This document shows, one piece after another, positions 16,277 through 25,562 of a stretch of DNA of 32,000 bases; position 1 is the stretch's first letter; the number at the start of each line of letters is the position of its first letter. Source of the DNA: an uncultured Opitutales bacterium (lineage in GTDB: Bacteria > Verrucomicrobiota > Verrucomicrobiia > Opitutales > Intestinicryptomonadaceae). A model generated the notes under the pieces. It saw only the letters and a program-made list of their open reading frames with translations. It had not been told where the DNA came from and searched no databases. The stretch is taken from contig CAKUIA010000002.1 of the NCBI GenBank assembly GCA_934660865.1, positions 90,001 through 122,000 of the forward strand. The letters are read 5' to 3'. The position numbers and the translations under genes were made by a program.

Positions 16277-17293
16277 ATGTTTAAAAATAAAACCTTACTT
16301 ATAACGGGCGGCACGGGGTCTTTCGGCAACGCCGTTCTAAAGAGAATGTTAAACTCCGATTTCGGCGAAATACGCATTTTCAGCCGCGACGAAAAAAAGC
16401 AGGACGACATGCGCCACGCGCTGCAAAACCCCAAGGTTAAGTTCTATATAGGCGACGTGCGCGACCGCCAAAGCGTAGACAACGCAATGGACGGCGTAGA
16501 CTACATATTTTCGGCAGCGGCGCTAAAGCAGGTGCCAAGCTGCGAATTTTTTCCCATGCAGGCGGTAAGGACAAACGTTATAGGCACCGACAATGTTTTG
16601 GACTCGGCGATAGCGCACGGGGTAAAAAACGTGGTTGTGCTTTCGACCGACAAGGCGGCCTACCCCATAAACGCCATGGGCATTTCGAAGGCGATGATGG
16701 AAAAAGTTGCAATCGCAAAAGGTAGGGCTTTGGGCGAAAACGCAAAAACCGTAATTTCGTGCACAAGGTACGGCAACGTTATGGCCTCGCGCGGGTCGGT
16801 AATTCCGCTTTGGATAGACCAAATAAAACGCAGGGCGCCCATAACCCTTACAAACCCGCACATGACGCGCTTTATGATGACGCTCGACGACGCGGTAGAC
16901 CTTGTTATATTCGCTTTCGAACACGCGCAAAACGGCGACTTGTTTGTGCAAAAAGCGCCGTCTACCACACTTGACGTGCTGGCAAGGGCGCTAAAAGAGC
17001 TGTACAATTCCGACAGCCCCATAAACATCATAGGCACGCGCCACGGCGAAAAGCTCTACGAAACTCTGGTAACTCAGGAGGAAATGGCCAAGGCCATAGA
17101 CATGGGCCAGTACTACAGAATTCCCTGCGACACGCGCGACCTAAACTACGACAAATATTTCACCGAAGGCTCGCACAAAATAAACGAAGTGGAAACCTAC
17201 AATTCGCAAAATACCGAGCTTTTAAGCGTAGACGAAATGAAAAAGCTTTTGTTGAAGCTTGAAAAGGTAAGAAACGACGTCTGCGCAAAATGA
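16277..17293 (+). CDS. fnlA: UDP-N-acetylglucosamine 4,6-dehydratase/5-epimerase (CapE/FnlA/WbjB type), first step to UDP-L-FucNAc
   Basis: Near-colinear with S. aureus Cap5E: LLITGGTGSFGNAV, IRIFSRDEKKQDDM, KFYIGDVRD, AAALKQVPSCEFFP, STDKAAYPINAMGISKAMMEKV, TRYGNVMASRGSVIPL, GTRHGEKLYETL. Confidence 0.9.
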   Translation: MFKNKTLLITGGTGSFGNAVLKRMLNSDFGEIRIFSRDEKKQDDMRHALQNPKVKFYIGDVRDRQSVDNAMDGVDYIFSAAALKQVPSCEFFPMQAVRTNVIGTDNVLDSAIAHGVKNVVVLSTDKAAYPINAMGISKAMMEKVAIAKGRALGENAKTVISCTRYGNVMASRGSVIPLWIDQIKRRAPITLTNPHMTRFMMTLDDAVDLVIFAFEHAQNGDLFVQKAPSTTLDVLARALKELYNSDSPINIIGTRHGEKLYETLVTQEEMAKAIDMGQYYRIPCDTRDLNYDKYFTEGSHKINEVETYNSQNTELLSVDEMKKLLLKLEKVRNDVCAK

Positions 17294-17709
17294 GCCTGCC
17301 CGAACTTATAGACGGCGAAATTTTCACCGACGAAAGGGGCAGCGTTTCGGCGCTAAATTCCTTTGTTTTGGGCGGGCAAAAAAGACTTTATGTGATAAGG
17401 CAAAACCCGAACATAACAAGGAACTGGAACGGGCACAAAGACGAAAAAAAGTGGTTTTTCTGCATTTCTGGCAGGGCAAAAATCGGGCTTGTAAAAGTCG
17501 ACAACTGGCAAAACCCGTCTAAAGACTTGCAGGTTTTTTGCCATTTATTAAGCGGCGAAAAAAGCCAGATTTTGTGCGCGCCAAAAGGCTACGCAAACTG
17601 CATAAAAACAGGGGACGAGCATGCAACTATTTTGGTGCTTTCCGAAAAAACGCTAGACGAGGCTTTAGGCGAGCAGATAAAGTATCCGCCGCAAACTTGG
17701 GCTATATAA
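17290..17709 (+). CDS. Stand-alone cupin-fold protein (WbuC/RmlC-like), paralogous to the CapF C-terminal cupin domain
   Basis: 139 aa, with its start overlapping the fnlA stop (ATGA). NITRNWNGHKDEKKWFFCISGRAKIGLVKV aligns with NITRGNHYHTRKIERFAVIKGRAKIELRRI in the next gene. Confidence 0.6.
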   Translation: MSLPELIDGEIFTDERGSVSALNSFVLGGQKRLYVIRQNPNITRNWNGHKDEKKWFFCISGRAKIGLVKVDNWQNPSKDLQVFCHLLSGEKSQILCAPKGYANCIKTGDEHATILVLSEKTLDEALGEQIKYPPQTWAI

Positions 17710-17716
17710 AAAAACA

Positions 17717-18847
17717 ATGCAAAAGATAAAAGTAGGCATTACGGGGCAAAACGGGTTTATAGGCGGCTGGCTGTACAACCTTTTGGGCACAATGCCCGAG
17801 CGCTTCGAGCGGGTGGAATTTTCGCGCGGGTATTTTTCCGACGCAGCCCAACTTGAAGATTTTGCGGGAAAGTGCGACTGCATTGTGCACTTGGCGGGCG
17901 TTAACCGCTGCCAAGACATGCGGGAGCTGCACGACACAAACATATCGCTTGCAAAGCGGCTTATAGACGCCGCAAAAAAAGCGGACGGCAATTTGCACAT
18001 AATTTTTTCCAGCTCTACGCAGGAGGCAAAAGACAACCTTTACGGACTAAGCAAAAGCGCCTGCCGCAAAATGTTTTGCGACTGGGCCGCCGAAAGCGGA
18101 AATCGCGCCTTTACAGGCTGCATAATACCCAACGTGTTCGGCCCTTTTTGCAGGCCCAACTACAACTCGGTTGTTGCAACATTCTGCCACAAGCTTACGC
18201 ATAACGAAACGCCCGAAATAAAAACCGACGCGCTTTTGCCCCTTATATATGTGGGCGACTTGTGCGAAGAAATCGTAAAACACATAGAAAACCGCACAAA
18301 CAACGCCGCCGTTGAAATGCCCGTAGGCGCAAACCTAAAAGTTTCGCAGCTGCTGAACATTTTTGAGGGCTTTAAAAGCCAATATATGCAAAACGGCATT
18401 ATCCCCGATTTAAGCGACAAAACCCGCATAAAGCTTTTCAACACATTCCGCTCGTATATAGAGCCAGAAAGTTTCTTTCCCTTTGCGCTTAAGTGCAACC
18501 GCGACAACCGCGGGGTTTTTGTGGAAACGCTAAGGCAAAACGGCGGCTGCGGCCAATTTTCGTTTTCTACAACCGCGCAAAACATAACGCGCGGCAACCA
18601 CTACCACACCCGAAAAATAGAACGCTTTGCGGTGATAAAAGGCAGGGCAAAAATAGAGCTTCGCCGCATAGGAAGCGACAAAACGCACTCGTTTATTCTC
18701 GACGGCAGCAACCCGTCTTTTGTGGATATGCCCGTTTGGTATACGCACAACATAACAAACATAGGCGGCGAAGAGCTTTACACCCTTTTTTGGATAAACG
18801 AATTTTTCGACCCGACAGACCCCGATACATTTTTTGAAAAGGTTTAA
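17717..18847 (+). CDS. fnlB: CapF/FnlB-type bifunctional 3-epimerase/4-reductase (SDR + C-terminal cupin) of the UDP-L-FucNAc pathway
   Basis: Colinear with S. aureus Cap5F: HLAGVNR, PNYNSVVATFCHKLTHNE, ITRGNHYHTRK, VWYTHNITNIG, WINEFFDPTDPDTFFEKV. Confidence 0.85.
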   Translation: MQKIKVGITGQNGFIGGWLYNLLGTMPERFERVEFSRGYFSDAAQLEDFAGKCDCIVHLAGVNRCQDMRELHDTNISLAKRLIDAAKKADGNLHIIFSSSTQEAKDNLYGLSKSACRKMFCDWAAESGNRAFTGCIIPNVFGPFCRPNYNSVVATFCHKLTHNETPEIKTDALLPLIYVGDLCEEIVKHIENRTNNAAVEMPVGANLKVSQLLNIFEGFKSQYMQNGIIPDLSDKTRIKLFNTFRSYIEPESFFPFALKCNRDNRGVFVETLRQNGGCGQFSFSTTAQNITRGNHYHTRKIERFAVIKGRAKIELRRIGSDKTHSFILDGSNPSFVDMPVWYTHNITNIGGEELYTLFWINEFFDPTDPDTFFEKV

Positions 18848-18850
18848 GCG

Positions 18851-19990
18851 ATGAAATCTAATTTGAAAGTTTTAACCATTGTTGGAACGCGCCCCGAAAT
18901 AATAAGGCTTTCGGCGGTAATGAAACTGCTCGACAAGCACCTAAACCACAAGCTTGTACACACGGGCCAAAACTACGACTACGAGCTAAACCGCATATTT
19001 TTCGAAGAGCTTGGCCTGCGCGACCCCGATTACTATCTTTCGGTAGACACTTCGTCGCTGGGCCACGTTTTGGGCGAAACCCTTACGAAAATCGAAAAGG
19101 TTTTTATGGACGAAAAACCCGACGCCGTGCTTATTTTGGGCGACACAAACGCGGCCATTGCGGGCATTATGGCAAAGAGAATGCAAATACCCATCTACCA
19201 TATGGAGGCGGGCAACCGCTCGTTCGACTTCAACGTGCCCGAAGAGATAAACCGACGCATTATAGACCATATTGCGGATTTCAATTTGGTGTATACCGAA
19301 AATTCGCGCCGCCATCTTTTGGCCGAGGGGCTGCCGCACCGCTGCGTTTACGTTACAGGCTCGCCAATGTTCGAAGTTTTAAACGCGAACATGCAAAAAA
19401 TTAAAAGCTCGGACATTCTAAAAAAGCTCGGCCTTACGAAAAACGAATACTTTATAGTAAGCTGCCACAGGCAGGAAAACGTGGATTTGCCCGAAAACCT
19501 GCTTAAAATAATAGACATTTTAAACGCTGTTGCGCAAAAATACGATATGCCCGTTATCGTTTCGGCGCACCCGCGCACGCGCAAGCGCATAGAGGCGCTT
19601 GAAAACGCCGTTATAGACAAGCGCGTTCAATGGCTAAAGCCGTTCGGATTTTTCGACTACAACGCGCTGCAAATGAACGCGAAATGCGCGATTTCCGATT
19701 CGGGCACAATAAGCGAGGAATCAAGCATGCTGAATTTCCCCGCAATAACCATAAGGCAGGCGTTGGAGCGCCCCGAGGCTATGGACGCGGGCACGATAGT
19801 GCTTACGGGCCTGGACAAGCAAACGGTTTTAGACAGCATAGAGCTTGTTATAGACGAATTTGCCGAAAACGGCGGCTACAAAAAAATATGCCCCGAATAT
19901 ACGGTGCAAAACACGTCGTGGCGCGTGCTAAAGCTTATTATGGGCACGGCAAAACTGGCGGCGCGCTGGTACGGAATAGACAAAAAGTAG
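18851..19990 (+). CDS. fnlC: UDP-N-acetylglucosamine (UDP-2-acetamido-2,6-dideoxy-L-talose) 2-epimerase, non-hydrolysing (CapG/FnlC type)
   Basis: LTIVGTRPEIIRLS, VHTGQNYDYELN, LILGDTN, HMEAGNRSFDFNVPEEINRRIIDH, LKPFGFFDYNALQ and SDSGTISEESS are colinear with Cap5G. Confidence 0.9.
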   Translation: MKSNLKVLTIVGTRPEIIRLSAVMKLLDKHLNHKLVHTGQNYDYELNRIFFEELGLRDPDYYLSVDTSSLGHVLGETLTKIEKVFMDEKPDAVLILGDTNAAIAGIMAKRMQIPIYHMEAGNRSFDFNVPEEINRRIIDHIADFNLVYTENSRRHLLAEGLPHRCVYVTGSPMFEVLNANMQKIKSSDILKKLGLTKNEYFIVSCHRQENVDLPENLLKIIDILNAVAQKYDMPVIVSAHPRTRKRIEALENAVIDKRVQWLKPFGFFDYNALQMNAKCAISDSGTISEESSMLNFPAITIRQALERPEAMDAGTIVLTGLDKQTVLDSIELVIDEFAENGGYKKICPEYTVQNTSWRVLKLIMGTAKLAARWYGIDKK

Positions 19991-20013
19991 TCGGCTACAC
20001 ATAGTGTCAAAAC

Positions 20014-20050
20014 AAAAAACCGCCGGGTTAACCCGGCGGTTTTCGCTTTT
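20014..20050. terminator. Bidirectional rho-independent terminator between the convergent fnlC and fcl genes
   Basis: Stem ccgccggg (20020-20027) / cccggcgg (20032-20039) with a ttaa loop and A/T extensions, flanked by A6 and a T-rich tail. Confidence 0.75.
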
Positions 20051-20074
20051 TATGCCGGCGGTAAACGCCGTTTT

Positions 20075-21022
20075 CTACATTCTTATTGTGCCCTTTTCAA
20101 GCTCGTCCAAAAAGTTTTTGTAGGTTGCTTTTACGCCCGAACGTATGTCGTATTTGGGCTTCCACCCCAAAGAGCGCAGCAATGTTGTGTCGCAAAGCTT
20201 GCGCGGCGTGCCGTCGGGCTTGCTTGTGTCGTGAACAATCCTTCCCTTAAAGCCGACGGTTTCGGCCACGATTTCGGCAAGCTCGCCAATCGAAACTTCC
20301 TCGTTGCTGCCCAGGTTTACCAAGTCGGGCGGGTTGTCTATTTCAAGCAAATGCACGCATGCCGAAGCCAAATCGTCTACATGCAAAAATTCGCGCAGGG
20401 GCTTGCCCGTGCCCCACAAAACAACTTCACTGTCGCCCCTCTTTGCCGCTTCGTGGAAACGGCGTATTAAAGCGGGCAAAACGTGCGAATTTTTTTCGTG
20501 GTAGTTGTCGCCGGGACCGTAAAGGTTTGTGGGCATTGCACTGTGGTAGCAAAGCCCGTATTGCTTGCGGAAAAATTCGCACAGCTTTAACCCCGCAATT
20601 TTGGCTATTGCATAGGCTTCGTTCGTCTTTTCAAGCTCGCTTGTAAGCAGCGCGCTTTCGGGAATCGGCTGCGGGGCCATTCTCGGATATATGCAGGTGC
20701 TCCCCAAATAAAGCAGGCGCTTAACGCCCGCCTTTTTCGCCGCGCGTATTGTGTTTAGCGCAATGGCCAAATTTATCTCGATAAACTCGGCCGGATACGT
20801 TGCGTTTGCGTAAATGCCGCCCACTTTTGCCGCGGCAATAACCGCAACATCGGGCTTTTCGGCAAGGAAAAACTCCTCGGTTTGCCGCTGGTCGGTTAAA
20901 TCCAGGTCTTTGTGCGGCTTAAGCGCAAAGTTGCCGTAGCCGCCGTTTTTTAACGCCCTTAAAATTGCGCCGCCAACCATTCCGTTGTGGCCGGCAACAA
21001 AAATCTTATCGCTTTGTTTCAT
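20075..21022 (-). CDS. fcl: GDP-L-fucose synthase (GDP-4-keto-6-deoxy-D-mannose 3,5-epimerase/4-reductase)
   Basis: 315 aa. [66 protein letters not shown] and [14 protein letters not shown] are typical Fcl/WcaG blocks. Confidence 0.9.
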   Translation of the reverse strand: MKQSDKIFVAGHNGMVGGAILRALKNGGYGNFALKPHKDLDLTDQRQTEEFFLAEKPDVAVIAAAKVGGIYANATYPAEFIEINLAIALNTIRAAKKAGVKRLLYLGSTCIYPRMAPQPIPESALLTSELEKTNEAYAIAKIAGLKLCEFFRKQYGLCYHSAMPTNLYGPGDNYHEKNSHVLPALIRRFHEAAKRGDSEVVLWGTGKPLREFLHVDDLASACVHLLEIDNPPDLVNLGSNEEVSIGELAEIVAETVGFKGRIVHDTSKPDGTPRKLCDTTLLRSLGWKPKYDIRSGVKATYKNFLDELEKGTIRM

Positions 21023-22084
21023 CTATTTTAATTTCGCTTCGGTTTGCGCCAGCTTAAAGTCGCTGTCGGTCATAATTTCAACAAGCTTTTTGAAGGTTGT
21101 TTTGGGCGCCCAGCCAAGCTCTTTTTTTGCCTTTGCGGGGTCTCCCAACAAAAAGTCCACTTCGGTGGGCCTATAGTATTTGGGCGAAACTTCTACAACA
21201 ACCCTGCCCGTTTGCCTGCATATGCCCTTTTCGTTTTCGGCCGAGCCCTGCCAGTCTATATCCATACCCAAACGGGCAAATGCCAGCTGCACAAACTCCC
21301 TTACAGTGTGAGTTTCGTTTGTGGCCAAAACGTATTCGGAGGGCTTTTCGGCCTGTAGTATGCGCCACATGCCCTCTACATATTCGGGAGCATAGCCCCA
21401 GTCGCGCTTCGAGTCCATATTGCCCAAAACAAGTTTGTCCTGCAAGCCAAGTTTTATTCTGCCCGCCGCCCTGGTAATTTTTCGGGTTACAAAAGTCTCG
21501 CCGCGCCTTTCGCTTTCGTGGTTGAACAAAATGCCGTTCGACGCGAAAATATTGTAGGCTTCGCGGTAGTTTATAACAATCCAGTAGGCATACTGCTTTG
21601 CAACCGCATAGGGGCTGCGGGGGTAAAAGGGTGTCGTCTCCTTTTGGGGGATTTCCTGCACCTTGCCGAAAAGCTCGGAGGTAGACGCCTGGTAAAACTT
21701 GGTTTTCTTTACAAGGCCTACGTCTTTAATGGCGTCCAAAAAGCGCAGCGTCGCAATGGCGTCTACATCGGCCGTATATTCGGGAACTTCGAAGCTTACC
21801 TTTACATGGCTTTGCGCGCCCAAGTTGTAGATTTCGTCGGGAGAGGTTTTTTCGAGTATGCGGTTAAGGTTGCTCGAATCGGTAAGGTCGCCGTAGTGCA
21901 AAAAGAACCTGCCCGAAAAGCTTTTGTCGTTGTAAATGTGGTCTATCCTTTGCGTGTTAAACGAGCTAGACCTGCGTATTATGCCGTGAACGGTGTAGCC
22001 TTTTTGCAACAACAACTCGGTAAGATACGAGCCGTCCTGACCCGTTATACCCGTAATTAACGCTATTTTATTGGTGTTTTCCAT
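21023..22084 (-). CDS. gmd: GDP-mannose 4,6-dehydratase
   Basis: 353 aa. [83 protein letters not shown] and [21 protein letters not shown] are canonical Gmd motifs. Confidence 0.95.
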   Translation of the reverse strand: MENTNKIALITGITGQDGSYLTELLLQKGYTVHGIIRRSSSFNTQRIDHIYNDKSFSGRFFLHYGDLTDSSNLNRILEKTSPDEIYNLGAQSHVKVSFEVPEYTADVDAIATLRFLDAIKDVGLVKKTKFYQASTSELFGKVQEIPQKETTPFYPRSPYAVAKQYAYWIVINYREAYNIFASNGILFNHESERRGETFVTRKITRAAGRIKLGLQDKLVLGNMDSKRDWGYAPEYVEGMWRILQAEKPSEYVLATNETHTVREFVQLAFARLGMDIDWQGSAENEKGICRQTGRVVVEVSPKYYRPTEVDFLLGDPAKAKKELGWAPKTTFKKLVEIMTDSDFKLAQTEAKLK

Positions 22085-22097
22085 GTCTGATTTTTGT

Positions 22098-23435
22098 TTA
22101 AATTCTTTGAATGTCGTCTTCGCTTAAAATGTCGCCGAGCTGAACTTCTATTACGGTAAGCGGCGTTTTTGCGGCAATAGAGTGCAAAAGGCCCCTTTCA
22201 AGCTTTACGGTGTCGCCCGCCGATATTTCGCGCTGCCGGCCGTCTACAACAACCGTGCCCGAGCCGTCTACACATGTCCAAATCTCGGTTCTGTGCGCGT
22301 GCCTGTGGTAGCTAATCTGCGCGCCTTTTGCTATTTTTAAAAGCTTTGTAAGCGACTTTTTGCCGGAATGTTCGCCGCAGTTTAAAACCGCATATTCGCC
22401 CCAAATTCTGCGCTCGTACATGGGGCGCGTTTTTACGCTTTCGGCATACTCTTTTAGGTTTACAACCGAATTTTTTTCGGCAACCAAAATGCCGTCGTAG
22501 GAGGCTGCAACTACCGCATTCTTAAGCCCCAAGCAAACAACGGGTATTCCCAACTCGTTGATTATGTGCGAGCCTTCCGTATTTTTATCGCATACGGCGT
22601 TGCCCATAATATTGGCCGACATTTCGCCGCACAGCGTATTCCATGTGCCCAAATCCTTCCACTTGCCGTCGAAACCAATCATTGCAACGTTTTGCGCGGT
22701 TTCGGCCACCTCGTAGTCGAAACTTATTTTGGGCAGCTCGTTGTAGCGCAGGCAAAATTCGCCGAAAGAACCGGCGCCTTTTATGTATTTTTCGGCAATG
22801 TTTTTTATGTAGCCAAGCTTGAATGCAAAAACGCCGCCGTTCCAAAACGCGCCCTCGTTTATCAGGGCCTGCGCGGTTGGGGTGTCGGGCTTTTCGGCAA
22901 AGCGCAAAACTTTGAATACGCCGTTTTTGGACGGGTGTTCGGGCACAATGTAGCCGAATTTTTGCGAGGCAAATTTGGGCTTAATGCCCATTAAAACCAA
23001 ATCGGCGCCGCCGTTTTTTGCATATTGCGCCATTTCGCCTACAACCGAAAAATAGCCCGACTCGGTATACGGGTCTATGGGCATGACAACGGCAACATCG
23101 CTTTCGCCTAAGTTCTTTTCGCGCAAAAGATATTCTACGGCCAATGCAATGGCAGGGAATGTGTCGCGCCTTTCGGGCTCGGTTATAACGCCCGAAACTT
23201 TGCCGCCAATTTGGTCTGCAATGCAGTCTTTTTGGGCGGCGTTTGTGGCCACATATAAATTCGCGCGCAAACCCGATTCGCCTATTTGGCGCACAATGCG
23301 CTGCGCCATGGATTCGCTTTCGCCGTTGGGGGCTTTTAGCAGCTTTAAAAACTGCTTCGAGCGCACGCCGTTCGACAGCGGCCAAAGTCTTGTGCCCGAC
23401 CCTCCCGAAAGCAAAATTAAATTAACGGCGTCCAT
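22098..23435 (-). CDS. manC: Mannose-1-phosphate guanylyltransferase with a C-terminal cupin (ManC/type II PMI-GMP-like)
   Basis: 445 aa. It has the nucleotidyltransferase motif [14 protein letters not shown]...SKQFLKL at the N-terminus and a cupin block [20 protein letters not shown] at the C-terminus. Confidence 0.85.
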   Translation of the reverse strand: MDAVNLILLSGGSGTRLWPLSNGVRSKQFLKLLKAPNGESESMAQRIVRQIGESGLRANLYVATNAAQKDCIADQIGGKVSGVITEPERRDTFPAIALAVEYLLREKNLGESDVAVVMPIDPYTESGYFSVVGEMAQYAKNGGADLVLMGIKPKFASQKFGYIVPEHPSKNGVFKVLRFAEKPDTPTAQALINEGAFWNGGVFAFKLGYIKNIAEKYIKGAGSFGEFCLRYNELPKISFDYEVAETAQNVAMIGFDGKWKDLGTWNTLCGEMSANIMGNAVCDKNTEGSHIINELGIPVVCLGLKNAVVAASYDGILVAEKNSVVNLKEYAESVKTRPMYERRIWGEYAVLNCGEHSGKKSLTKLLKIAKGAQISYHRHAHRTEIWTCVDGSGTVVVDGRQREISAGDTVKLERGLLHSIAAKTPLTVIEVQLGDILSEDDIQRI

Positions 23436-23501
23436 ATATTTGAGTTTGTCGTTTAATATTTGCCTTATGGCGAAAGAAAAGCGAGCAAAAAGCGAAATAT
23501 T

Positions 23502-24560
23502 CTATTTTATGCCTATGTCTTTTTTAAGAAAGTCTTCGTAGAGGGTATCGAACACGTTTGCGTATTTTTTGGCCCTTAAAAAGTTGTCTTTTACGGCGTC
23601 AAGCCTTTCGGCGTAATCGCTTTCGCCGCACATTGTTGCGATTTTCGCAATTTCGGCTTCGGCGTTTTCGGGCGACACTTTTATAATCCCCTTGCCGTTA
23701 AAAAAGTCGTCTATTTTTGTGGCGCCTATGTATATGGGCACGGTCTGCGCGGCAAAGGCCGCTATTATTCTTTCGGAGAACTGGTAGGGGCGGATGTCGT
23801 TTTCGACAATTACGCTGTAGCGGTAGGCATCGTATACATCGGCAAGCGAATCTACCCTGGCGCCGCCGTCGAAAGTGCCGAAAGTGTCAACTTCGTTTAG
23901 GCGCTTGCAAGCCCACGCCAAATCGTACCTTAAATTGTGCATGGCGCACGCCCTTTTGTGCGACGAAATCATAGAAACGTTTTTTGTTTTACGCAAAAAC
24001 CTGTTTTCGTCGGCAAAGCCCTGCGGGTAAAATACGCCCAAGTCGGCGCAAAAGGGAACAAATTTTGCGTTCTTTACGCTTTCCAAAATTTCGGCGTCGA
24101 ACGTGAAAATCGCGTCGAAGTCGTCGGCCAAAGTTTTGTGCTTTTTAAATATTTTGTAGTCTTGCGGCACCATTGCGGGCGTTTCTATCAAAACGCCGTA
24201 CCTCTTTTCGGGATTTCCCATTTGCTCGAGCATTGCGTTGTGCGAATAAAAATGCACGTCCAAGCCTATGTCGAACCTGTCGAACAAAAAGTATTTCGAA
24301 AAATTGTGCCCCGGCATGTGCGCCGAATGTAAATCCCTTAAAAAGAAAGTCTGCATTTTCTGCCCGAATTTGTTGTATATGTCGGGCGCTTCGTTGCCGA
24401 TTAGCGCGGCCTTGTTGTAGTAGGGCATGTAGATTTTCCCGTAAGTTTTGTGCCTTATGCAATACGGCTTTTCGTAGCCTATAAGGGCGTTTCTTACGCG
24501 CTTGCGCAGCACTTTGTTCGGGATTAGCGAAGAAACCGCCTTTGCCAGAAATCTTTTCAT
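23502..24560 (-). CDS. Putative fucosyltransferase-like glycosyltransferase (GT10-like C-terminal motif)
   Basis: 352 aa. YRYSVIVENDIRPYQFSERIIAAFAAQTVPIYIGATKIDDFFN parallels the GT10 block (Y.F.L.FENS...Y.TEK..DA......IPIYWG....DFFN) seen in H. pylori FutA. It lies directly downstream of the GDP-fucose genes. Confidence 0.5.
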   Translation of the reverse strand: MKRFLAKAVSSLIPNKVLRKRVRNALIGYEKPYCIRHKTYGKIYMPYYNKAALIGNEAPDIYNKFGQKMQTFFLRDLHSAHMPGHNFSKYFLFDRFDIGLDVHFYSHNAMLEQMGNPEKRYGVLIETPAMVPQDYKIFKKHKTLADDFDAIFTFDAEILESVKNAKFVPFCADLGVFYPQGFADENRFLRKTKNVSMISSHKRACAMHNLRYDLAWACKRLNEVDTFGTFDGGARVDSLADVYDAYRYSVIVENDIRPYQFSERIIAAFAAQTVPIYIGATKIDDFFNGKGIIKVSPENAEAEIAKIATMCGESDYAERLDAVKDNFLRAKKYANVFDTLYEDFLKKDIGIK

Positions 24561-24575
24561 AGTCTTTATGTATCC

Positions 24576-25559
24576 TTATTTGTTGCAGTCGTCTACAAGC
24601 CTTTTAAATTCCAGGCCAAAAAGCCTTAAAACTTTCGTTTTTTTGCCGTCTTTGTAGACATTGCCCGAAAAAAACAGCTTTTTAAGAAGCGGCGTTTTTT
24701 TGATTTTGGGCGCCGCCGAAGCTTCGTACTTTTCGCGCAAACTGGCTCCTATGGGGCTTTCGAAAGCGTATTTTCGCCACAGTTCGGCATACGAATGTCC
24801 GCAGCCTTTTACGCTAGGTTTTAGCCCCGTAAAGTGGATTATTTTCGGGGCCGCTTTCGCCTCGTTAAACGACTTTTTCCACGCGCCATTGTAGTCGTGG
24901 TAGTCGCCGCGCCACCAGGGTTCAAGGTAGTTGTATTTTAAATCGAGCATAAGCTTTTTTTCGTCTATTACCTTGTTAAGACAATCCTGGTCGCAATACT
25001 CCACCTTGCGCCCCGTTGCATATTCGGTTATTTTTTCCCTTAAATTGTCTTTGCGCCAAAGCGCGCAATTTATAAGCATTACGCCCGAATTGAAATATTC
25101 TCGGCTTTTCATTTTAAGCCTTTTGCAATATTTTTCCACATTCCAGATGTCGCGCACTACGGCCGCATATTTTCCCGAAAGGTCTATATTATACAGCTCG
25201 GAAATATCGCCGCAAACAAGGGTGTCGCAATCCAGATACAAAACCCTTTCGCAGTCTTTGCAAATGTCGGCAATGGCGATTCTAAACCAGGCCTGCACTC
25301 CCACCCAGGGCGAAAGCGGCAACCCGCTAAAGGCCGATTCGTCTACCCTTACAAACTTTACTTTCGCCCCGCCGCCCTCGGCACAAAGCGCTATTTTTTT
25401 TACGCTGCTTTCGGCAAGGCCGCTATGCAAAACCGCAATCTGCAAGCCCGTTTTACCCGCATTTTTCGCCGCCGAATATGCCGAAACGGCGGTAATGTCG
25501 GCGTAGCGGTCGTCGGTGGCATAGGCTATTGTAGGTGGTGCGTTTTTTACGGGCTGCAT
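24576..25559 (-). CDS. Glycosyltransferase family 8 (LPS/LOS alpha-hexosyltransferase-like)
   Basis: 327 aa. IAYATDDRYA, LYLDCDTLVCGDISELY (DxD) and YFNSGVMLIN are GT8 signatures. Confidence 0.8.
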   Translation of the reverse strand: MQPVKNAPPTIAYATDDRYADITAVSAYSAAKNAGKTGLQIAVLHSGLAESSVKKIALCAEGGGAKVKFVRVDESAFSGLPLSPWVGVQAWFRIAIADICKDCERVLYLDCDTLVCGDISELYNIDLSGKYAAVVRDIWNVEKYCKRLKMKSREYFNSGVMLINCALWRKDNLREKITEYATGRKVEYCDQDCLNKVIDEKKLMLDLKYNYLEPWWRGDYHDYNGAWKKSFNEAKAAPKIIHFTGLKPSVKGCGHSYAELWRKYAFESPIGASLREKYEASAAPKIKKTPLLKKLFFSGNVYKDGKKTKVLRLFGLEFKRLVDDCNK

Positions 25560-25562
25560 TTT

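Noticed and set aside
24576-25559. Homopolymeric A/T tracts (A8 at 25394-25401, several T7) in the glycosyltransferase genes, as possible phase-variation switches.
   Set aside because: A/T runs of 7-8 are frequent throughout the window because of the AAA (Lys) and TTT (Phe) codon preference. There are no long poly-G/C or multi-copy tetranucleotide repeats like those used for LOS phase variation. The tracts are too weak to call.
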